Assembly: GCA_903861055.1 (NCBI GenBank)
Contig: CAIOSU010000241.1
Location: 1 to 33,246 of the forward strand
DNA length: 33,246 nt
Origin: an uncultured bacterium
Lineage (GTDB): Bacteria; Bacteroidota; Bacteroidia; Chitinophagales; CAIOSU01
Direction of reading: 5' to 3'
The notes beneath the pieces are model-generated. The model had not been told where the DNA came from. It ran no database searches and saw nothing but the letters and a program-made list of their open reading frames with translations. Shown one piece after another: positions 1 through 6,475 of the stretch (position 1 is the stretch's first letter; each line of letters starts with the position of its first letter). Both the position numbers and the translations under genes were made by a program.

Positions 1-270
1 CAAAACACTATTATTTGTAGTTGTAATAAGGCTATAATAATTTGTACTTATTATTTGTACATATTACGGATGGTTCGGCTCCGCTCACCATGACACGCTA
101 GAGCAGCAGTCTCACGAATCACCCCCCACTCGTCCCCATCTTATTTTGACGAGGATGAAACGGACGCAGCGCCTTTAGCCTATCCCGCTTTAGGCGGGGA
201 CGCCAATAAGACGGTAACTTGCTTCCAACAAGCTATGGTAACGTTGCGTTTTCAGCACAGCACACATTAC

Positions 271-306
271 CAGTCAACCAATAACTAATAACTGATTAAC
301 CAATCC
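271..306 (-). repeat. Degenerate inverted copy of the TTGGTTA-type intergenic repeat
   Basis: The reverse complement reads GGATTGGTTAATCAGTTATTAGTTATTGGTTGACTG. It shares the 11-mer TTATTGGTTGA with the copy at 865-911 and spans the trmH stop codon. Confidence 0.8.
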
Positions 307-835
307 CCAATTGCCGCCAAAACTCCCAGATAACAATGCCGGCACTTACCGATATATTCAAAGAGTGTTTGGTGCCGAATTGGGGTATTTCTATTACACC
401 ATCTACCATAGCCATTACTTCATCATCAACGCCATTTACCTCATTGCCAAATACAACGGCATGCTTGCCCCCGGTGGATAGGTTCAATTCATTGAGCATT
501 GTTCGGCCTTCGGCTTGCTCAATAGCCCATATATGGTAGCCATCGGCCTTAAGCGCCGCTAATGCTACGGCTGTTGTTTCAAAATATTGCCAATCAACGC
601 TCTCGGTGGCGCCAAGGGCGGTTTTATGTATGTCGCGGTGAGGTGGTTTGTCGGTGTAGCCACAAAGGTAAATAGCCTGTGCCCTAAAGGCATCTGCTGT
701 GCGAAACACCGAGCCCACATTGTTGTGGCTGCGTATATTATCAAGCACAATTACCAGCGGGGTTTTGGGCGCGGCTTTGTATGTGGCTACATCCATACGC
801 CCAAGGGCATCGTTGGTTATTTTCGGGAATTTCAT
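296..835 (-). CDS. TrmH/SpoU family RNA 2'-O-methyltransferase
   Basis: 179-aa ORF with ATG at 833-835. It carries SpoU-type motifs NNVGSVFRTADAF, VVFGNEVNGV and IPQFGTKHSLNISVSAGIVIWE (C-terminal knot/SAM region). Confidence 0.85.
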   Translation of the reverse strand: MKFPKITNDALGRMDVATYKAAPKTPLVIVLDNIRSHNNVGSVFRTADAFRAQAIYLCGYTDKPPHRDIHKTALGATESVDWQYFETTAVALAALKADGYHIWAIEQAEGRTMLNELNLSTGGKHAVVFGNEVNGVDDEVMAMVDGVIEIPQFGTKHSLNISVSAGIVIWEFWRQLGIG

Positions 836-864
836 GGTGTAAAGGTAGCGAACTTCAAAGAGTG

Positions 865-911
865 CTTGGTATATTGGTTATTGGTTGATTGGTTATTGGT
901 GAATTGGGTTG
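865..911 (+). repeat. TTGGTTA-type intergenic repeat (contains the exact 17-mer TTGGTTGATTGGTTATT at 881-897)
   Basis: Read directly. It lies between the sigma-gene terminator and the trmH start codon. Confidence 0.9.
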
Positions 912-915
912 CGGC

Positions 916-939
916 AAAAAACTTGCAGGACCCAAGTTT
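916..939 (-). terminator. Candidate intrinsic terminator downstream of the ECF sigma gene
   Basis: The minus strand reads AAACTTG-GGTCCTG-CAAGTTT followed by TTTG, giving a 7-bp stem and six consecutive T in total. It lies about 110 nt after the sigma stop codon. Confidence 0.45.
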
Positions 940-1049
940 AGTACAATGGATACTTTAACGCTATACTGCTAGAAAATCACTCGCGAATCTCGCAGGAGGC
1001 GAGACGGGATGATACGTATTAAATAAAAATAGTGAAAATGGTGCTTGTA

Positions 1050-1631
1050 TTAGCCCCAATCTGAAGTGCCTTCTAAAGGCAAGCGTTGCGAAGATTCGAC
1101 TTTCTTTTGTAGAATCATGCGGGCACGGGCCAGTTGCGATTTTGAGGTACCCTCACTGATATTCAACAATTTGGCAATCTCCTTGTGGCTATAACCTTCA
1201 ACCACATAAAGGTTGAAAACGGTTCGGTAGCCTGGCGAAAGGCTCTGTACCATGTTAAGCAAATCTTGGTAATCCAATGCATCAAAGGCGCTCTCGTCCA
1301 ATATATCCATTGGCTTGTCCTCATCATCCACAATGGAATAAAGACTTACTGCTTTGCGCAGGTGCTCAATGGCTGTATTAACAAAAATGCGGCGCATCCA
1401 ACCCTCGAAAGAACCCTCGCGGCGAAAGTTTGAAATGTACCTAAAAACCTTGATAAAACCCTCCTGCAAAATGTCTTCGGCGCTGTGGTAATCTTTAGCA
1501 TAACGAAGGCAAATGGCAAACATTTTCGGTGAATAGCGGCTATACAGCGTTTGCTGCGCTGTGCGATCTCCAACAACGCATCCGTTGATGATTTGATCTT
1601 CAGAATAGGAGCCGATGAACCCGAATTTCAT
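1050..1631 (-). CDS. ECF-type RNA polymerase sigma-70 family factor
   Basis: 193-aa ORF. It has a region 2-like segment (AEDILQEGFIKVFRYISNF...FEGWMRRIFVNTAI) and a region 4 HTH (GYSHKEIAKLLNISEGTSKSQLARARMIL). Confidence 0.85.
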   Translation of the reverse strand: MKFGFIGSYSEDQIINGCVVGDRTAQQTLYSRYSPKMFAICLRYAKDYHSAEDILQEGFIKVFRYISNFRREGSFEGWMRRIFVNTAIEHLRKAVSLYSIVDDEDKPMDILDESAFDALDYQDLLNMVQSLSPGYRTVFNLYVVEGYSHKEIAKLLNISEGTSKSQLARARMILQKKVESSQRLPLEGTSDWG

Positions 1632-1700
1632 GAGAAGGAATGATTATGCTTTAATATTACAAAGAAACTTTGTCTTTCGCAATAGTTTCCTTTTAAAATA

Positions 1701-2285
1701 CTAAAAAAATTTCAGAAATTCTAATAACTGCGAAACCGCCTTCCCACGATGGCTAATTGGCGCCTTCTCTGCTAAGCTCATTTCAGCAAAAGAACGGTCA
1801 TAACCGGTGGGTTGAAAAATGGGGTCGTAACCGAAGCCAGCTGTACCTTTTCGGGCTTCTAAAATCTGCCCTTCTACTATCCCTTCGAAGCGGAATTCTT
1901 TACCGTCAATGATCAAAGAAATTACGGTACGGAAACGTGCTTTTCGGTTGGTTTGGCCTTTTAGTTTTTCTAAAAGCAAGGCCATATTGTCTTCGGCACC
2001 TTTATCTGGTCCGGCATATCGGGCCGAATATACCCCTGGCTCACCGTTTAATGCTTCCACTTCTAAACCAGTATCCTCGCTAAAGCAATTCTCACCGAAT
2101 TTCTCAAAAATAAACTGTGCCTTTTCTAGTGCATTGCCCTCAAGGGTATCGTGCGTTTCACTTAGCTCGTTAAAGTAGCCTAGGTCGTGCAGGCTCTTAA
2201 CAGCCACATCGCTGCCCACCAAGGCTTGTACTTCTTTTACTTTATTGGTATTGCCAGTGGCAAAAACGAGGGTTCCGTGGTACAT
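1701..2285 (-). CDS. rdgB: Non-canonical purine NTP pyrophosphatase (RdgB/HAM1 family)
   Basis: 194-aa ORF with family signatures FATGNTNKVKEV, SEDTGLEVEALNGEPGVYSARYAG, GFGYDPIF and ISHRGKA. Confidence 0.9.
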   Translation of the reverse strand: MYHGTLVFATGNTNKVKEVQALVGSDVAVKSLHDLGYFNELSETHDTLEGNALEKAQFIFEKFGENCFSEDTGLEVEALNGEPGVYSARYAGPDKGAEDNMALLLEKLKGQTNRKARFRTVISLIIDGKEFRFEGIVEGQILEARKGTAGFGYDPIFQPTGYDRSFAEMSLAEKAPISHRGKAVSQLLEFLKFF

Positions 2286-2334
2286 TTTGGTTGATTGGTT
2301 ACTGGTTATTGGTTGATTGGTTATTGGTTAACTG
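2286..2334 (+). repeat. TTGGTTA-type intergenic repeat (17-mer exact at 2309-2325; one-mismatch copy at 2287-2303)
   Basis: Read directly. It abuts the rdgB start codon (2283-2285) and is nearly G-free when read in the rdgB mRNA sense. Confidence 0.9.
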
Positions 2335-2532
2335 TTTTTTTATCTGTCATCTCATGTCCGAACTGTGTCTTGTGTCCCTGCCTGCAGGCAGATTGTGTCT
2401 GGTAAAGATATTTAACCTACTCACCGTTACCTAATCGCCTTTTTAACCGGTGTAGACAAGCAATAAATGAAAGAAATTTATCAAAAAAATACAAATGTCT
2501 TCAATTACCCTATTAGGCTTATAGACTTTTAG

Positions 2533-2540
2533 TACTTTTG
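2533..2540 (+). promoter_or_regulatory. Candidate Bacteroidota -7 promoter box (TACTTTTG)
   Basis: Exact match to the TAnnTTTG consensus, 17 nt upstream of the ATG at 2558. Confidence 0.35.
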
Positions 2541-2557
2541 TTTCAACAAACAGTATT

Positions 2558-3943
2558 ATGGCACTTACCAAAATAGCAATAATAGGCAGCGGATTGAGCG
2601 GCACCCTAACGGCCATCAACTTATTAAGGCAGCAACATACTCCTGTTAGCATTGATTTATACGAGCAAGAACCTGCACAACTAAACCGAGGAGCAGCTTA
2701 CCGCGAAAACAATGTGCACCAGCCATTGAATGTGCCTATAAGCCGAATGAGCCTTTTTAGTCAAGAGCCCAACCATTTTTACCAGTGGCTACACGAAAAT
2801 GAAAACCGCCTCAAAGCCTGCATTTATGGCGCAGAAATGGAAGATTATGTGCCAAGAAAAATTTTTGGGGATTATCTAACAGACATTTTTCAAAAAACAG
2901 TTGCTGCATGTAGTGGCAATCATGAACTGGAAGTGATTGTGGCCAAGGTATTGTCGATTACCCCAAGCAATGAAGGGTATATTTTAGCGAGTACCAGCAA
3001 AATAACAACATACCACCAAGTAATATTGGCATCAGGTAACGTGCCGCCGCAAAGAGCCATCTTTTTGCCACCAAATTCTCGCAATTTGGAACTGCCCATA
3101 ATACATTCTTGGGAAGGATTACCAAAGATTGATTCGAGCAAACAAGTACTAATTGTTGGCAGCGGTTTGAGCATGGTTGATACCATAATTGAACTGGATA
3201 AACAAGGTTATCATGGCACTATACGGGTACTATCGCGCCACGGGTTAATACCGCTTCCAGAAATACCTGAACCGCACAACCACCTTACTTTAGGTCCTAA
3301 AGAGTCTACATACGAATTGTTAAAAGCTTTTCGTGAATTAGCTAAAGAAGCGGAAGCACAAGGCAGCGGTTGGCGCACTATTTTCCATAACATTCGACCC
3401 GAGATACCAACCTTGTGGCAAACATTATCTGATGACGAAAAGCAATGCTTTATGCGCCATTTGCAGCCATTTTGGGAAATACATCGACACCGAGTGCCTG
3501 CGTTTTCGCACCAATTAGTGCAAAACCTTATCGAGACTGGCAGTTTGCAATTGTTGAAGGGCCGCATTACAAATATTATCAACGGTAATGATGAGAAAAC
3601 CATTGTTAACTATCGCCCAAGGCATACACAAGCTAGTGTGACCTTTGAAACAGACCTTATAATTAACTGTACTGGCCCTGTAACTGACCTGACCCGCAGC
3701 GGCGACCCGATGCTTGAGCAACTTTTACAAAGTGGCTATGCAACTACGGGCACACTACAAATGGGATTGAATACTAATGTAAATGGTGAGTTGATTAATA
3801 GCAATGGAAATACCCAGAGGGGATTGTTTGCTATTGGCTCGTTAAGGAAGGGCAACTTATGGGAAACTACCGCCTTGCGCGAGATTAGGCAACAGGCTGA
3901 GGCCTTACCTATGGCTATGTTACCAGTGGGTATTGGGGTATAA
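2558..3943 (+). CDS. FAD/NAD(P)-binding flavoprotein of unknown specificity
   Basis: 461-aa ORF. It has an N-terminal dinucleotide-binding motif IAIIGSGLSGT and a second Rossmann-like motif VLIVGSGLSMVD. Confidence 0.75.
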   Translation: MALTKIAIIGSGLSGTLTAINLLRQQHTPVSIDLYEQEPAQLNRGAAYRENNVHQPLNVPISRMSLFSQEPNHFYQWLHENENRLKACIYGAEMEDYVPRKIFGDYLTDIFQKTVAACSGNHELEVIVAKVLSITPSNEGYILASTSKITTYHQVILASGNVPPQRAIFLPPNSRNLELPIIHSWEGLPKIDSSKQVLIVGSGLSMVDTIIELDKQGYHGTIRVLSRHGLIPLPEIPEPHNHLTLGPKESTYELLKAFRELAKEAEAQGSGWRTIFHNIRPEIPTLWQTLSDDEKQCFMRHLQPFWEIHRHRVPAFSHQLVQNLIETGSLQLLKGRITNIINGNDEKTIVNYRPRHTQASVTFETDLIINCTGPVTDLTRSGDPMLEQLLQSGYATTGTLQMGLNTNVNGELINSNGNTQRGLFAIGSLRKGNLWETTALREIRQQAEALPMAMLPVGIGV

Positions 3944-3987
3944 TTGTCTATCCCCTACCCTTTGCCTATTTTTATAAAAAAATACGA

Positions 3988-4974
3988 ATGCTAAGAGTTG
4001 CCCTATTCCTTGGATTGATGCTGCCGTCTATTTTGACAATGGCACAAAACAACGATAAAAACCCTGCTACTACCGATATACCCAAGGCATTTGAGAACGT
4101 AAAAGTTGAACGCACCAAAGTGCCGTTTAAAAACCCCGATTTTACCATTCGCAACGAGGGCGGCCATTTGCAAGGGGTGCAATACTACACCAATGGCACC
4201 ACCGAGTATATGATAGTAACGGGCAGCAGCGATAGCAGCGCCTATTACGCCATGATTGACATTAACGATACGGTGCAAAAAGTGGTGCGCTACAATGTGC
4301 TGATGAATACGCCACTTGACCATGCTGGTGGATTTCAGGTTATCGGCGATTTTTTGGTGGTGGGCGTTGAGGATAATTTAGATAAAAACAGTTCTAAAAT
4401 ATTGTTTTACAATATTAGCAACCCAGGCACAAGCGATGTAACTCCAGCTATTACCATCGATCGCAGTGGGGAGTTTAAAACCAAAACCGCAGGCGCGGTA
4501 GGTATCACGTTTTTCGACACACAGCACCTACTTGCAGTGGCTACTTGGGATGCCAATACCATCGATTTTTACTGGAGCAATGCCAAGTCACTAAGTGACC
4601 CTAAATGCAAATTTGAACTGATACAAACGTACATACCCACTAAAGGCGAAAAGGATGAATGGATAAATAAATTGTGGCCAAGCTACCAAGGCATAAACCT
4701 GTTTACGGGTGCTGATGGCAAGATATACATGATGGCATTTTTCCGTAGCAAGGATGGCAACTTTGTTGATTTGTTTGAAGTATCCTTTAGCAACGAGACC
4801 AAAAAGTTTACACTCAAAAAGACCGTGAGCAAACAATTTTACGTAGCCGATGGAAACAACTTTCGCAATGGCGGTGGCGTGCGCTTAGTTGGACTCGATG
4901 AACTAAATATTTACACCATCCCCCACAACATAGGCAAGAAAAAGACCGTAATTGATTGGTTCGATAAAAAGTAA
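3988..4974 (+). CDS. Hypothetical exported protein
   Basis: 328-aa ORF with a signal-like N-terminus (LFLGLMLPSILTMAQ). It is beta-rich in composition and I recognise no family motif. Confidence 0.7.
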   Translation: MLRVALFLGLMLPSILTMAQNNDKNPATTDIPKAFENVKVERTKVPFKNPDFTIRNEGGHLQGVQYYTNGTTEYMIVTGSSDSSAYYAMIDINDTVQKVVRYNVLMNTPLDHAGGFQVIGDFLVVGVEDNLDKNSSKILFYNISNPGTSDVTPAITIDRSGEFKTKTAGAVGITFFDTQHLLAVATWDANTIDFYWSNAKSLSDPKCKFELIQTYIPTKGEKDEWINKLWPSYQGINLFTGADGKIYMMAFFRSKDGNFVDLFEVSFSNETKKFTLKKTVSKQFYVADGNNFRNGGGVRLVGLDELNIYTIPHNIGKKKTVIDWFDKK

Positions 4975-5001
4975 GCTGAATCCTTGCCAATTGACCTCAG
5001 C

Positions 5002-5406
5002 CTAAATGTACTCAAATGCCACATCTTGCTTAATATCCGGATGCAGGCTTTTGGCAACTGGGCACGTGAACGCAACGTTTTCCAGTTTTTTGCGTTCTAT
5101 ATCTGTAAGCGTTCCTGCAGGTATAAACATGCGCACCTGCACTTCGCTAATGCGGCGTGGGTCGGTGGCCATTACTTTTTGTATAGTTACCCTTGTGCCT
5201 TCAATGGCTAGGTTGTGGTTGTTGGCGTAAATGCCCATAAGAGTAAGCATGCAACTACCTAGGGCAGTAGCCACCAAATCGGTAGGCGAAAAAGCAGCAC
5301 CTTGGCCATGATTATCAGTAGGGGCGTCGGTTACAATTTCGTAGCTCGATTGGGTATGAACGGCACGAGTGCGCAGGCCACCTTCGTAAATTATTTCAGC
5401 TGTCAT
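5002..5406 (-). CDS. OsmC/Ohr family peroxiredoxin-like protein
   Basis: 134-aa ORF of typical OsmC size, with the two conserved cysteine contexts LGSCMLT and FTCPVAKS. Confidence 0.85.
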   Translation of the reverse strand: MTAEIIYEGGLRTRAVHTQSSYEIVTDAPTDNHGQGAAFSPTDLVATALGSCMLTLMGIYANNHNLAIEGTRVTIQKVMATDPRRISEVQVRMFIPAGTLTDIERKKLENVAFTCPVAKSLHPDIKQDVAFEYI

Positions 5407-5457
5407 GGTCAGTGTGTTAAATTTTTGATAAATTTAAGAACTATTTTGGGTTGCCAC

Positions 5458-6279
5458 ATGTATAAACCTTTGATGCGGATTTCAACTTTCTTCTTGATGC
5501 TGATGCTTTTAAGCACCACTGCCGCCTATGCCCAGCAGCGTAAGGTGAAAAAGCAGATTGAGAAAAAAGGCATCATTTACAACAAGGAGATGACTTTTGG
5601 CGGCAAAATAGCCTCTAACGGTTGGGGCTTTTACATGAACACCGGCAAAATCATCAACATACACAAAACTCGTTTGTGGATGGTTGAGTTCTCCGACATT
5701 CGCCACCCGAAGGAGAAAAAACAAAGTGCCGATTTCAACCTCGCCATTTCCGGATTCGATTCGCCCCGCGATTTTTACTATGGCAAGCAAAACGAATTTT
5801 TCACGCTCCGCGCGGCTTTTGGATACAAAAAAAACATTGCTGAGAAAGCCAAAAAGAACGGCGTAAACTTGGCTTTGGTTTATATGGGCGGTATATCGCT
5901 GGGTTTCTTGAAACCATATTACCTCGATTTGGCATACATTACCCAGGTAAACGACTCAACCTTTATTGTTGAGGCCAAAAGTGAACGCTATAATGATGAC
6001 CCGGAAAACGGCAATGCCCAGAAATTTTTGAACTGGTACGAAATTATCGGTGCATCAAGATATAGTAAAGGTTTTAAGCAACTGCAACCCGTACCTGGCG
6101 CATTTATTAAGTTGGGTCTAAATTTTGAGTGGGGCTCTAGAGATGCGTTTATTACTGCCATGGAAGTTGGGGTAGCTGCCGATATTTACTACAAGAACAT
6201 CCCCATCATGATCAATCAGCCACAAAGGCCGTTTTTCATGAATGCTTACCTAAGCTTCGAGCTGGGCAGGCGACGATAA
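5458..6279 (+). CDS. Hypothetical exported (possibly outer-membrane) protein
   Basis: The ORF track begins at 5302, but that extension overlaps the OsmC gene. The internal ATG at 5458 is followed by a clear signal peptide, MYKPLMRISTFFLMLMLLSTTAAYAQQ. Confidence 0.7.
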   Translation: MYKPLMRISTFFLMLMLLSTTAAYAQQRKVKKQIEKKGIIYNKEMTFGGKIASNGWGFYMNTGKIINIHKTRLWMVEFSDIRHPKEKKQSADFNLAISGFDSPRDFYYGKQNEFFTLRAAFGYKKNIAEKAKKNGVNLALVYMGGISLGFLKPYYLDLAYITQVNDSTFIVEAKSERYNDDPENGNAQKFLNWYEIIGASRYSKGFKQLQPVPGAFIKLGLNFEWGSRDAFITAMEVGVAADIYYKNIPIMINQPQRPFFMNAYLSFELGRRR

Positions 6280-6283
6280 GTTT

Positions 6284-6311
6284 GGTCGATGGTCCATGGT
6301 CGATGGTCCAT
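6284..6311 (+). repeat. Perfect tandem duplication of the 14-mer GGTCGATGGTCCAT
   Basis: Two exact copies at 6284-6297 and 6298-6311, read directly, just after the stop codon at 6277-6279. Confidence 0.9.
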
Positions 6312-6374
6312 GGCGCAAAGCCTCCCTCTCAAACACTTTCACCTTTATAGGATTACATCTTGCATCTAAAGGCA

Positions 6375-6382
6375 TAACTTTG
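6375..6382 (+). promoter_or_regulatory. Candidate -7 promoter box (TAACTTTG) for argS
   Basis: Exact TAnnTTTG match, 93 nt upstream of the argS ATG. This implies a long C/A-rich leader. Confidence 0.3.
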
Positions 6383-6475
6383 TGCCTAAAACTTTAACAC
6401 AAGACAGATATCAGATCTTAGATAAACGAAAAGATACTTGACACTTGATACTCACTACCTGATACCAACACAACA

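Noticed and set aside
60-95. tRNA/tmRNA-like 3' end (GGTTCGGCTCCGCTCACCA)
   Set aside because: The putative T-arm would be a 4-bp stem with a 9-nt loop rather than 5 bp with 7 nt. There is no acceptor-stem partner. The upstream sequence is unstructured and AT-rich.
155-205. Resemblance of CGGACGCAGCGCC to the GGGACGCAAAGCC core of the c-di-GMP-I riboswitch
   Set aside because: There are two mismatches in the most conserved positions. There is also no GCAAA/GNRA first hairpin and no matching P1/P2 architecture.
865-911. Short tandem repeats (here and at 2286-2334, 6284-6311, 17927-17966, 21539-21566) as CRISPR arrays
   Set aside because: The units are 7-14 nt and contiguous, with no spacers. 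There are no cas genes and no repeats of 24-48 nt.
5302-5457. N-terminal extension of the 5302-6279 ORF
   Set aside because: It overlaps the OsmC gene on the opposite strand. The signal peptide begins only at the ATG at 5458.
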